Source of the DNA: Endomicrobiales bacterium
Lineage (GTDB): Bacteria; Elusimicrobiota; Endomicrobiia; Endomicrobiales; JALOBY01
Direction of reading: 5' to 3'
DNA: 64,000 nucleotides
Assembly (NCBI GenBank): GCA_963796955.1
Contig: CAWCNJ010000008.1
Location: forward strand, 448,001 to 512,000
The notes under the pieces were generated by a model that was not told the origin of the DNA, searched no databases, and saw nothing but the letters and a program-made list of their open reading frames with translations. Below are positions 9,969-19,655 of this stretch, piece by piece. How positions within the stretch are numbered: the stretch's first letter is position 1; every line of letters starts with the position of its first letter. The position numbers were made by a program, and so were the translations under genes.

Positions 9969-11563
9969 TGAAAATAACATTGGCGCAGATCAATACTACG
10001 GTGGGGGATTTGGAAGGGAACGCTGTGAAGGTTCGCTCGGCTATTGCCAAGGCTAAAACTGCTGGAGCGGACGCCGTGGTTTTTCCTGAGCTTACTGTTA
10101 CCGGTTACCCGCCGGAAGATCTTTTGCTGAAGGCATCATTCCTTAAGGACAATATGGAGTGGCTGCGAAAACTGAGTTTAGAGGTTCAAGGTATAACCGC
10201 TATCGTTGGTTTCGCAGATGTTTCTGGCAGGGATGTGTATAACGCGGCGGCAGTGTTGCAGGACGGCAAAATAAAAGAAATTTATCACAAGGTCTTGCTG
10301 CCTAATTACGGCGTTTTCGATGAAAAGCGCTACTTTAAGTCCAGCACCAGTACGGATGGGATCGTAAACATTGCCGGCGTGGCCTGCGGCATAACGATCT
10401 GTGAGGATATTTGGGAAGATAGCGGGCCCGCGCAGATACACGCAGCCCACGGGGCGAAAGTAATTATTACGTTGAATGCCTCGCCATACCATGCCGGCAA
10501 GGTAGCCGAGCGCGAACTCATTATCCGCGACCAGGCAAAGTCGAACAAGGCGCATCTTGTTTACGTGAACCTTGTGGGCGGCCAGGATGAACTGGTGTTT
10601 GACGGTTCAAGCATGGTCATAGATCCTGAGGGCAAAGTTATCGCCAGGGCCGGGGCATTTACTGAAGAGTTACTTACTGTTAGTATTCCAAACACTGAAA
10701 TTAATGTGGAACCATCTCTTGATCCAGTCGAGGAAGTATACAAGGCCCTGGAGCTCGGACTGCGGGATTATTTTTCAAAGAACGGTTTTAAGAAAGCCGT
10801 GCTCGGCATGAGCGGCGGGGTGGATTCCGCGCTGGTTGCCACAATAGCCGCAGATGTGCTGGGGAAAGAAAATGTTACCGGCGTTTTCATGCCCTCAGAA
10901 TTTTCCTCCAGGGAATCTCTTGAAGACGCCGAAAGTCATGCGGTGAACCTTGGGATAACATTCATTAAGATCCCGGTGCAGGAGCTCTTTAAAGATTATC
11001 TTTCAACCCTTGAGCCGCAATTTGCAGGAACAAGCTTCGGCACGGCGGAAGAGAACCTGCAGGCACGCGTTCGGGGAAACCTGCTCATGGCACTATCCAA
11101 TAAATTCGGCTGGATAGTGCTGACCACCGGCAACAAATCCGAGATGAGCACAGGGTATGCGACACTTTACGGCGATATGGCCGGCGGCTTCGCCTTGATA
11201 AAAGACGTTCCCAAAATGCTGGTATACGAACTATGCCGCTGGCGCAATAAGCAGTCCCCTGTTATACCCGAGCGGGTGCTAACAAAAGCGCCGACAGCCG
11301 AGCTGAGAGCTAATCAAAAAGATTCCGATTCATTACCCGAATATCCGGTTCTGGATCCGATATTAAAACTATACGTTGAACAGGATGCCTCCGCAACGGA
11401 GATACTAGCGCACGGATTTAATGAAGCGGATGTGGCCCGTGTGATACGCCTTGTGGACCAGAGCGAGTATAAACGCAGACAGGCGCCGCCGGGCGTAAAA
11501 ATAACTCCGAAAGCCTTCGGCAGGGACCGCCGCATGCCGATAACGAACAGGTATGCTAAATGA
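9968..11563 (+). CDS. nadE: Glutamine-dependent NAD+ synthetase
   Basis: Nitrilase domain (FPEL, LPNYGVFDEKRYF, ICEDIW) plus SGGVDS and ENLQAR synthetase domain. Confidence 0.97.
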   Translation: MKITLAQINTTVGDLEGNAVKVRSAIAKAKTAGADAVVFPELTVTGYPPEDLLLKASFLKDNMEWLRKLSLEVQGITAIVGFADVSGRDVYNAAAVLQDGKIKEIYHKVLLPNYGVFDEKRYFKSSTSTDGIVNIAGVACGITICEDIWEDSGPAQIHAAHGAKVIITLNASPYHAGKVAERELIIRDQAKSNKAHLVYVNLVGGQDELVFDGSSMVIDPEGKVIARAGAFTEELLTVSIPNTEINVEPSLDPVEEVYKALELGLRDYFSKNGFKKAVLGMSGGVDSALVATIAADVLGKENVTGVFMPSEFSSRESLEDAESHAVNLGITFIKIPVQELFKDYLSTLEPQFAGTSFGTAEENLQARVRGNLLMALSNKFGWIVLTTGNKSEMSTGYATLYGDMAGGFALIKDVPKMLVYELCRWRNKQSPVIPERVLTKAPTAELRANQKDSDSLPEYPVLDPILKLYVEQDASATEILAHGFNEADVARVIRLVDQSEYKRRQAPPGVKITPKAFGRDRRMPITNRYAK

Positions 11564-12426
11564 ACAAAAATATCGCCTGCATCAATCCAAGCTGGCTCAT
11601 AAAAAAGAAAAAAGATTTCACGGACGGGATAGCCGGCATTGAAAAACTCGGCTTTCACGTATTGAATAAAGAATGCATTACAACACTGCCTGCGCCACGG
11701 GCAAAAGCGGCACAGATCCATGCCGCCTTCAAAGACCCCAACGTTAAGCTGATACTTGCACAGAGAGGCGGCTACAGCGCCCTGAAAACCCTGCCGTACA
11801 TTGATTTCAATCTGATTAAAAAACACCCGAAACTCTTCGGGGGGTTCAGTGACCTCTCCACACTGCTTAACCCGATCTATGAGAAGTGCGGCATCATCAC
11901 GCTTCATTCTCCTATGCTCGTAAATTTTTCGCCGCGCAGGCCGTTCGTAATACGGTCTTTCATGAACGCGGTGAACGGCTTTCCCAACAAAGAGCTTTTT
12001 GCCGGAACTAAGATCAAGGTTTATAAACCCGGTAAAGCAAGCGGCATACTAAAAGGCGGCAACCTTATCACCCTGACCGCCATGATAAAAACCCAATGGG
12101 AAACGAACGTTGACGGTTGTATCGTATTCCTTGAAGATGTGGATGAGAAACTTCACTCGATAGACCGGTATCTGACCCAGTGGATCCTTCTTGGAAAACT
12201 GCAGAAAGTGGCCGGCATAATCTTAGGAACCTTTAACGGCGTTAAAACCGATGACGTTTTCAAGATCATTTCATCCCAGATGAAGATAAAGGTTCCGGTG
12301 GTTCGTTGCCCGAACATCGGCCATGTACCTAATAAAATAACGCTGCCTGTAGGCGCAAAAGTATTGCTGGATACCGGCAGGAAGTCGCTGCGCATCCTTA
12401 ACCTGAAAGGATTACCAGGCTTATGA
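11560..12426 (+). CDS. LD-carboxypeptidase (peptidase S66)
   Basis: RGGY, GFSD (catalytic Ser), FLEDV (Glu) and IGH (His). Confidence 0.9.
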   Translation: MNKNIACINPSWLIKKKKDFTDGIAGIEKLGFHVLNKECITTLPAPRAKAAQIHAAFKDPNVKLILAQRGGYSALKTLPYIDFNLIKKHPKLFGGFSDLSTLLNPIYEKCGIITLHSPMLVNFSPRRPFVIRSFMNAVNGFPNKELFAGTKIKVYKPGKASGILKGGNLITLTAMIKTQWETNVDGCIVFLEDVDEKLHSIDRYLTQWILLGKLQKVAGIILGTFNGVKTDDVFKIISSQMKIKVPVVRCPNIGHVPNKITLPVGAKVLLDTGRKSLRILNLKGLPGL

Positions 12427-12995
12427 ACATTATCTGGATCGTGCTTATGTGCGCGAGCATTATTATCGCCATCTTCACCGGCAAAGTTGACGACCTGACA
12501 AAGGCCATGTTCGACGCGGGAAAATCAGCTGTTGAGGTTTCACTGTACCTGCTCGGCATAGTATCCATCTGGCTCGGCATAACAAAAATACTTGAGGAGG
12601 CGGGTCTTATACACCGCATTTCAAAATTCTTCAAGCCGGTGATCGCAAGATTGTTCCATCTTCCTGATGACCACCCCGCGATCAGCTCTATAACCCTTAA
12701 CATCCTTGCCAACTTCTTCGGCCTTGGGAATGCCGCAACACCCATGGGCATAAAGGCTATGCAGGACCTGCAGACATTGAACGACAAGCCCGATGAGGTA
12801 TCAGACCAGATGATGCTTTTCATAGTTATCAATACGGCGAGCATTCAGATGATACCTTTCACGGTAATAGGAGTGCTGGCAGCCTACGGGGGGATGAACC
12901 CATCAGCCATCGTTATCCCGACGCTTATAACGACAGCTCTGCTGGCCCTCACAGGCATCAGTGTGTTGTTCGCTTTCAGGAGGATATTTAAATGA
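12423..12995 (+). CDS. spmA: SpmA-family membrane protein
   Basis: ANFFGLGNAATPMGIKAMQ and INTASIQ motifs. Confidence 0.9.
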   Translation: MNIIWIVLMCASIIIAIFTGKVDDLTKAMFDAGKSAVEVSLYLLGIVSIWLGITKILEEAGLIHRISKFFKPVIARLFHLPDDHPAISSITLNILANFFGLGNAATPMGIKAMQDLQTLNDKPDEVSDQMMLFIVINTASIQMIPFTVIGVLAAYGGMNPSAIVIPTLITTALLALTGISVLFAFRRIFK

Positions 12996-13528
12996 ATACC
13001 GCCCTGATAGGAAAAGCGACCGCCTACATAATCCCAATATTCATCCTCGGCGCGATCGTTTACGGCTCTATTCGTAAAGTACGCGTCTATGACTCATTTA
13101 TTACCGGCGCCAAAGACGGCCTGCAGGTCGTTATCAGAATATTCCCATATCTGCTGGCGATATTCATGGCGGTAAAAGCCTTTCAGGCCTCCGGTGCCTT
13201 CGACCTTATACGCCAGTACGGCGGACCGTTCCTGGCAAGATTCGGAGTTCCGCCCGACATTATTTCACTGTGCCTGATAAAACCGCTTTCAGGCAGCGCA
13301 TCGCTCGCGGTATTCACCGATATAGTTAAAAGCACAGGCCCCGATTCCATGGCAAGCCGCATAGCCGCTGTGATAGTTGCCAGCGCGGAAACAACATTTT
13401 ACGTAATTGCGGTTTATCTCGGCGCGGTCAGCATCAAAAAAACCCGCTATCTCGTTCCGGTTTGCCTGATAGCAGATATAGCAGGGATGCTTTTTGCTGT
13501 GATAGTCGTACGATTCTTATTTCACTAA
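12992..13528 (+). CDS. spmB: SpmB-family membrane protein
   Basis: VYDSFITGAK, KPLSGS and ETTFYVIAVYLG motifs. Confidence 0.9.
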   Translation: MNTALIGKATAYIIPIFILGAIVYGSIRKVRVYDSFITGAKDGLQVVIRIFPYLLAIFMAVKAFQASGAFDLIRQYGGPFLARFGVPPDIISLCLIKPLSGSASLAVFTDIVKSTGPDSMASRIAAVIVASAETTFYVIAVYLGAVSIKKTRYLVPVCLIADIAGMLFAVIVVRFLFH

Positions 13529-13529
13529 C

Positions 13530-14234
13530 ATGTGCAGAATATTAGCTATCACTTCTTTTGACGTACAAAAACATACATCGTTCATTGACGGTTTTTTTGG
13601 GTTGGCTGCCTGCGGGCAGGTGCCGCCGGGGAACGAGCCGGGCCATATGGACGGGTGGGGGATAGGTTATTATATTAACGGGGCGGCAAAAGTTATAAAG
13701 AGCGGTAATTCTATTGTCAGTGAAAAAGACCGGTTTTATGATTCTCTTAATGAAATTAAAACATCGTCCGTGCTGATACTTCATCTGCGCAAGTCCGCCT
13801 GGTCCGGTACTACCGCTGAAAGACACGCGCATCCCTTCGTTTACAACAATTGTTTGTTCGCCCATAATGGTGTAGTAACGGATTATCAATCCCTGTATCC
13901 TGAGATCAGCGAAGCCAACCGCCCTGCCTACGATTCGGTCGATACCGAGGTCTGGTTCCGCCATATTATTGACCAAAAGGGCGCGACCATAACAGAAAGA
14001 CTCACCGCCTCGGCGGCCCACATAAGAAAATATTTTCTTTATTCCGCCATGAACTGCGTCTTAACAGATGGCACTTCCCTGGTAGCGCTCAGGGACAGCA
14101 ACAAATGGCCGGATTATTACTCGCTCTTCAGCGCGACAGTGGACGGCAGCGATTTCATCTGTTCACAGGAAATAACCAACGCCCCCTGGAAACCGTTAAC
14201 GCAGGCTGCTCCTATCACCGTCAGTCATCGCTGA
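13530..14234 (+). CDS. Class II glutamine amidotransferase (EgtC/YafJ-like)
   Basis: N-terminal MCR, DGWGI, HLRK, HPF and FAHNG. Confidence 0.88.
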   Translation: MCRILAITSFDVQKHTSFIDGFFGLAACGQVPPGNEPGHMDGWGIGYYINGAAKVIKSGNSIVSEKDRFYDSLNEIKTSSVLILHLRKSAWSGTTAERHAHPFVYNNCLFAHNGVVTDYQSLYPEISEANRPAYDSVDTEVWFRHIIDQKGATITERLTASAAHIRKYFLYSAMNCVLTDGTSLVALRDSNKWPDYYSLFSATVDGSDFICSQEITNAPWKPLTQAAPITVSHR

Positions 14235-14249
14235 CCCACTCCTTTTTCA

Positions 14250-14278
14250 TTGACAGAAACCCGGATAATATATATAAT
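14250..14278 (+). promoter_or_regulatory. Consensus sigma-70 promoter for nspC
   Basis: TTGACA-17 nt-TATAAT. Confidence 0.8.
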
Positions 14279-14296
14279 TCAGCCGACGGTAATTTT

Positions 14297-15400
14297 ATGA
14301 AAATACCTACACCTTACTACTTGATCGACGAAAAGAAATTACTGCTTAATCTTAAAAAGATAAAGTATGTAAGGGATAATTCCGGCGCCAGGTCCGTACT
14401 GGCGCTTAAATGTTTTTCTACCTGGTGCGTTTTTCCGCTGATGAAACAGTACATGGACGGCACCACCAGCAGCTCGCTTTTCGAGGCACGGCTTGGCCAT
14501 GAGAAATTCGGAAAAGAAACACACGCCTACAGCGTTGCCTACACTCCCAAAGAAGTCAGCGAGCTAAGCCGGTTCTCAGATAAAATAATCTTCAACTCCA
14601 TCTCACAACTAAAAAGCCTTTCAAAATACACACGCGGCATAAAGATAGGTCTGCGGGTGAACCCGGGCATAAGCTATTCTCATTTTGACCTGGCAGACCC
14701 GGCGCGCAGGAATTCCCGACTGGGAGTCGTCCTCAAAAAAGACGTTGTTTCAGTAGCGGAAAAGCTCAGCGGTGTGATGTTCCACTTCAACTGCGAAAAT
14801 GATGATATAAAGAACTTCACAAAAACACTGAAGTACATCGGCGATCAATACGGCAGTATACTTAAGAAGTTGGAGTGGGTTAGCCTGGGCGGAGGATTGT
14901 ATTTCACAAAAGAAAGGTATCCGCTGGACGAATTCTGTAGGGCATTGAAAGCCTTCTCTAACAAATTCGGCGTGCAGATCTACCTTGAACCCGGGGAAAG
15001 CGCCATTACCCGCAGCACAGAACTCGTTACAACAGTGCTCGACGTAGTGCATAACAAAAAAGACGTCGCGATCGTTGATGCCTCCACGGAAGCGCATATG
15101 CTTGATTTGTTGATTTATCGATTAAATGCTAAAATAGACGCCGCGGGAAAGGGCACGAACAAATACGTGGTAGCAGGCCGCTCCTGCCTTGCCGGTGATG
15201 TATTTGGGGAGTATAGTTTTAAGAAGCCCTTAAAAGTTGGCAGCGAAATATGCTTCGCCGATGCCGCAGGCTACACCATGGTGAAGAAGAACTGGTTCAA
15301 CGGTTTGCAAATGCCTTCGATCGTTGTAAAACGCCTGAATGGAAAAATTGAAGTGATACGCCGTTTCGCATACAAAGATTTTGTCACCAGCCTGTCGTAA
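14297..15400 (+). CDS. nspC: Carboxynorspermidine/carboxyspermidine decarboxylase
   Basis: LALKCFS, GLRVNP, SRLG, LEPGE, SCLAGDVFG and YTMVKKNWFNG; start reassigned to ATG 14297. Confidence 0.93.
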   Translation: MKIPTPYYLIDEKKLLLNLKKIKYVRDNSGARSVLALKCFSTWCVFPLMKQYMDGTTSSSLFEARLGHEKFGKETHAYSVAYTPKEVSELSRFSDKIIFNSISQLKSLSKYTRGIKIGLRVNPGISYSHFDLADPARRNSRLGVVLKKDVVSVAEKLSGVMFHFNCENDDIKNFTKTLKYIGDQYGSILKKLEWVSLGGGLYFTKERYPLDEFCRALKAFSNKFGVQIYLEPGESAITRSTELVTTVLDVVHNKKDVAIVDASTEAHMLDLLIYRLNAKIDAAGKGTNKYVVAGRSCLAGDVFGEYSFKKPLKVGSEICFADAAGYTMVKKNWFNGLQMPSIVVKRLNGKIEVIRRFAYKDFVTSLS

Positions 15401-15419
15401 CAAAAGGAGCGTACATAGA

Positions 15420-16682
15420 ATGAAACGGAATGTGCTTATTGTCGGGGCCGGCGGAGTCGCTCATGTGGCGGCGCATAAATTTGCTCAAAATAACGACCTT
15501 TTCGGCGATATCATAATCGCCTCCCGTTCGCTCGACAGCTGCAATTCCATCATTGAAAGTGTACAGCGCAAAAAGAGTTACAAAGACCCTGCCAAACATA
15601 TCCAGGTGCGGCAAGTTAACGCCATGGATGTGCCCGCGCTTTCCAAGCTGATCAAAGACACCAACACATCTATAGTAGTGAACCTCGCGAATGCCTTCGT
15701 TAACATGTCCGTTCTGGAAGCCTGCATCGAGACCGGTGCGGCCTACATTGACACGGCTATTCATGAGGAGCAGGATAAAGTTTGTGAGAACCCGCCCTGG
15801 TATGCCAACTATGAATGGAAACGCAAAGACCGTTGCAAGGACAAAGGTATCACCGCTATTCTGGGCGCGGGCTTTGACCCGGGCATGGTGAACGCCTACT
15901 GCGCCTACGCTGTTAAGCATCATTTCGACAAAGTGGATACCATTGATATTATGGATGTCAACGCTGGTTCTCACGGCAAATATTTCGCCACCAACTTTGA
16001 CCCCGAGATCAATTTCCGCGAGTTCGTAAAAGTCTGGACCTGGATAGACCGCCAGTGGGTTTGCAAACCAACCCATACTGAAAAGCTCACCTATGACTTT
16101 CCGGTGGCGGGTAAACAGACTGTGTACCTTACCGGACACGATGAACTGCACTCGCTCTCAAAGAATATCGACGCCAATACGATCCGCTTCTGGATGGGCT
16201 TTAGCGACCACTATATAAATGTATTCACCGTTCTGAAAAATATCGGACTGCTTTCGGAAAAACCGGTAAAAACGGCGGAAGGCCTTGACGTTGTGCCGTT
16301 AAAGGTGGTGAAAGCCTGCCTGCCGGACCCTAAATCATTAGCCGCCAATTATACCGGCAAAACCTGCATCGGCTGCCTGATAAAAGGGAAAAAGGGCGAG
16401 GCCGACAAAGAAGTTTTCATTTACAATGTCTGCGATCATAAAGATTGTTATAATGAAGTTGAATCGCAGGCGATCAGTTACACAGCCGGCGTTCCGGCGG
16501 TCGCGGCTGCCATCCTGATAGCTCGGGGCGACTGGGACATAAAGACAATGGTCAATGTTGAAGAACTTGACCCTGACCCGTTCATCGAGCTTTTAAACAC
16601 CATAGGCCTTCCGACAGAAGTTATGGAAAAATCCAAACAAAAGTTCCGCCGCAAGAACTCTGACAAGACCGTGAAACAGTGA
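15420..16682 (+). CDS. Carboxy(nor)spermidine dehydrogenase (saccharopine dehydrogenase family)
   Basis: GAGGVA, GAGFDPG, FATNFDPEINFRE and SQAISYTAGVP; AAGGAG upstream; adjacent to nspC. Confidence 0.92.
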   Translation: MKRNVLIVGAGGVAHVAAHKFAQNNDLFGDIIIASRSLDSCNSIIESVQRKKSYKDPAKHIQVRQVNAMDVPALSKLIKDTNTSIVVNLANAFVNMSVLEACIETGAAYIDTAIHEEQDKVCENPPWYANYEWKRKDRCKDKGITAILGAGFDPGMVNAYCAYAVKHHFDKVDTIDIMDVNAGSHGKYFATNFDPEINFREFVKVWTWIDRQWVCKPTHTEKLTYDFPVAGKQTVYLTGHDELHSLSKNIDANTIRFWMGFSDHYINVFTVLKNIGLLSEKPVKTAEGLDVVPLKVVKACLPDPKSLAANYTGKTCIGCLIKGKKGEADKEVFIYNVCDHKDCYNEVESQAISYTAGVPAVAAAILIARGDWDIKTMVNVEELDPDPFIELLNTIGLPTEVMEKSKQKFRRKNSDKTVKQ

Positions 16683-16689
16683 TCTAAAG

Positions 16690-17334
16690 ATGACCCGCCA
16701 AAAGCTGCGGTCGTTATGGAAGAGCATGCAACCGCAGCTTGCGGAGCACATGTCCCGGTTTACCGAGGCAGGGAAAAAGACCGGGGCCGAGCTTTTCGCC
16801 GAACTTGCTTTCTGCCTTTTCACACCTCAATCAAAAGCGCTTTCCTGCTGGGCAGCCGTTAAAACACTGCAAAAAGAATCACTTCTCATGAAGGGAAGTG
16901 CGGAAAAGATCGCCGCGGTAATTGCGGCAAAAGGCGTGCGCTTCAAGAATAACAAGGCGCGATATCTTGTCGAAGCCCGTTTAAAACTTTTTTCATCGGA
17001 AGCCGTACCCCTGCACCGGCTCATCTCCTCATTTAAAACACCTCAGAAAGCACGCGATTGGCTGGCACATAACATTACAGGCCTTGGTTTGAAGGAAGCC
17101 AGCCACTTTCTGCGCAACATCGGACGCGCAGGCGATGTAGCTATCTTAGACCGGCATATCCTGAAAAACCTGCAACAGCTCGGTGTTATCAAAACGGTGC
17201 CATCATCGCTTTCAAAGAGCGTCTATTTCTGCATCGAAGAAAAGATGCGAGTTTTTTCTAAAAACGTCAAAATACCGATGGCCTACCTTGACTTGATCTT
17301 GTGGTACAACGAAACCGGCGCATTGTTCAAATGA
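16690..17334 (+). CDS. ogg: 8-oxoguanine N-glycosylase/DNA lyase (Ogg2 type)
   Basis: ELAFCLFTPQS and GLGLKEASHFLRNIG...AILDRHIL. Confidence 0.9.
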   Translation: MTRQKLRSLWKSMQPQLAEHMSRFTEAGKKTGAELFAELAFCLFTPQSKALSCWAAVKTLQKESLLMKGSAEKIAAVIAAKGVRFKNNKARYLVEARLKLFSSEAVPLHRLISSFKTPQKARDWLAHNITGLGLKEASHFLRNIGRAGDVAILDRHILKNLQQLGVIKTVPSSLSKSVYFCIEEKMRVFSKNVKIPMAYLDLILWYNETGALFK

Positions 17335-17643
17335 TCAGCCGGAAGCAAGAATTTTGCGGACGTTAACAACGGTAATAAGGGTAGCGCCGACAAACCCCTT
17401 CGCGTTATGATAAAAACCCGCCGCATTTTGCATAGTCTGCATAGTCTTATTAACCGCGCTCTCGCTCCAAACGTCCAGAGTATTGCCTATCGGCGTCAGA
17501 CCTGTTGACAGAGCGGAACTCATATATGATCCTGAGAATAGTGCGGCCGGCAGGTAGGTTTCCTGGGACAAATAGGCGTTCGAGGCGAACAGCATCGTCA
17601 TGCTCATCATAGTTAACGTAGCTATGAACAAAAATCTATCCAT
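17335..17643 (-). CDS. Small hypothetical protein with a signal-peptide-like N-terminus
   Basis: Strong SD TAAGGAGGTG before ATG 17643; hydrophobic N-terminus. Confidence 0.6.
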   Translation of the reverse strand: MDRFLFIATLTMMSMTMLFASNAYLSQETYLPAALFSGSYMSSALSTGLTPIGNTLDVWSESAVNKTMQTMQNAAGFYHNAKGFVGATLITVVNVRKILASG

Positions 17644-17790
17644 AAAAATGCACCTCCTTATAAGCAACGGCTAATACATTGTTCCATCTTTCAAGGCTTT
17701 CTAAAATAGGGTGGTTCGCTGTCGGGCTGATATTTATCATTATCGGCCAAAGTGATTCCAATATCCGTCATAAAATGGTATAATCCCAGC

Positions 17791-19098
17791 ATGAAATATT
17801 TCGTTACTACCATGGGTTGTCAGATGAATGTTGCGGACTCCAACACCATGGCCTCTCATCTGGAAAACCGTGGATTTAAGCATACTGAATCCAGGGCAGA
17901 GGCGGATGTAATTATCCTTAATACCTGCTCGGTACGAGAACACGCTGAACATAAAGCTATGTCGTTCATCGGCAGGCTCAAACCGTTCAAAGACGCCAAA
18001 CCCGGCCTGCGCATCGTAGTTACCGGCTGCGCCGCTGAACGGATGGGGAAAAAGCTGCGGAAAAAATTCCCTATCGTAGACCTTGTGGTCGGCGCAAAAC
18101 AGATAGACCATTTTCCCGAGATATTTGACAATGCCTTTCCTATACAGGCTTTACCGGGGTTTGAAGCGGCGCCTGTTCGCGCCCTCTTACCCTCAAGGGC
18201 GAAAGAATCAGATGAAATGGCATTTGTCACCATCATGCGCGGCTGCCAGAATTTCTGCTCGTATTGCATCGTGCCCCACGTACGTGGCCCGGAAAAATCA
18301 CGCTCTATGTCCGAAGTATTGGTAGAGGTAAAAGCTTACGCCGCTGACGGTTTTAAGGATGTAATGCTGCTCGGCCAAAATGTTAACTCATACCGTGCCG
18401 TGGAGGGTGGGCAGACTTTCGATTTTCCCGACCTGCTGGCCAGGGTTAACGAGGTAGAAGGCATCGAACGCATACGTTTTATGACCAGCCACCCCAAGGA
18501 CTTAAGCGACAGGCTTATAGAAGCACTGGCCTCGCTGGATAAAGTTTGCGGTCACCTGCATCTGCCTCTGCAATCGGGCTCCGACAGGATACTGGCCGCT
18601 ATGAACAGAAAGTACGACACCGCCCACTACCTGCATATCGCAGGAAAGCTGCGGGACCGGCTACCCGATATAAGCCTTACAACGGATATACTTATCGGTT
18701 TCCCCGGTGAGACCGAGGATGATTTCCAGAAAACACTGACCATGATCGAAAAGGCCGGGTTTAACGCTCTTTTTGGCTTCAAATATTCAAGGCGTGAGGG
18801 CACAGCCTCGGCTGCCATGGCCGAGACAGTATCGGAAGAGGAAAAGGACGCGCGTTTAAAGCGCCTGCTGGAACTGGCTGATAAGATCTCCATACGCATC
18901 AACAGCGGCCTTGTCGGCTCTGTGCAACAGGTGCTGGTAGAAAAGACCGACGGCGCACTTTGTACCGGAAGGACCCGCTCGAATATAAAGGTCTTTTTCC
19001 CGGCTCCGGAGGGAAATAACATCAACGGTTCTATCATAGATATAAAGATAACACTGGCCAAGATCAATACGCTTGTAGGTGAACTATGCGTAAATTAG
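17791..19098 (+). CDS. miaB: tRNA i6A37 methylthiotransferase
   Basis: TMGCQMN, NTCSVRE, radical SAM CQNFCSYC, SHPKD and C-terminal TRAM domain. Confidence 0.96.
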   Translation: MKYFVTTMGCQMNVADSNTMASHLENRGFKHTESRAEADVIILNTCSVREHAEHKAMSFIGRLKPFKDAKPGLRIVVTGCAAERMGKKLRKKFPIVDLVVGAKQIDHFPEIFDNAFPIQALPGFEAAPVRALLPSRAKESDEMAFVTIMRGCQNFCSYCIVPHVRGPEKSRSMSEVLVEVKAYAADGFKDVMLLGQNVNSYRAVEGGQTFDFPDLLARVNEVEGIERIRFMTSHPKDLSDRLIEALASLDKVCGHLHLPLQSGSDRILAAMNRKYDTAHYLHIAGKLRDRLPDISLTTDILIGFPGETEDDFQKTLTMIEKAGFNALFGFKYSRREGTASAAMAETVSEEEKDARLKRLLELADKISIRINSGLVGSVQQVLVEKTDGALCTGRTRSNIKVFFPAPEGNNINGSIIDIKITLAKINTLVGELCVN

Positions 19099-19655
19099 TT
19101 GTACCTTTAATAATTATATTCGTTATTTTCATGACCCTGTTCTATTACGACGTCCCCTGGAACATGATGCGCCCCGTCTTTCATCAGGAAACTATCGAGA
19201 ACACGGCGATCAAATACGGTTTCGACCCGTTGCTGATCAATGCCGTCATTCGCGCTGAATCCAGTTTTTTCTTCAGGGCCCGCTCAAGCAGGGGCGCGAT
19301 CGGACTTATGCAGCTGATGCCGTCGACCGCAAGGGAGCTTGCGTCTGAACTGAACATGAAAGGATTCTCCGATACTGACCTTGAAAAACCTGAAGTTAAC
19401 ATACGGCTTGGCGTCTATTACCTGAGCAAGTTACATAAAGAATTCAACGGTAACCGGATACTGGCGCTGGCCGCCTACAATGCCGGCCTCGGGAAAGTGC
19501 AGGAATGGTATAAGCAAAACCCGATCCTGGCCTTAGAGATATCGGATATCCCTTACGAAGAAACGCGCGCATACGTTAACCGAGTGGAGCGCACCTACAC
19601 ATGGCTGAAGCGAATTCAAAAGGTCAAAAAGGCACTGCAGAAAAAGGGGGTCTAA
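19086..19655 (+). CDS. Lytic transglycosylase (SLT domain), membrane anchored
   Basis: AESSF, GAIGLMQLMP, ALAAYNAG and ETRAYV. Confidence 0.92.
   Translation: MRKLVVPLIIIFVIFMTLFYYDVPWNMMRPVFHQETIENTAIKYGFDPLLINAVIRAESSFFFRARSSRGAIGLMQLMPSTARELASELNMKGFSDTDLEKPEVNIRLGVYYLSKLHKEFNGNRILALAAYNAGLGKVQEWYKQNPILALEISDIPYEETRAYVNRVERTYTWLKRIQKVKKALQKKGV

Noticed and set aside
14105..14296. Long N-terminal extension of nspC (similarly miaB 17752, acyP 52944, TolC 26522)
   Set aside because: The extensions cross promoters, upstream genes or hairpins; family-like sequence begins at downstream ATGs
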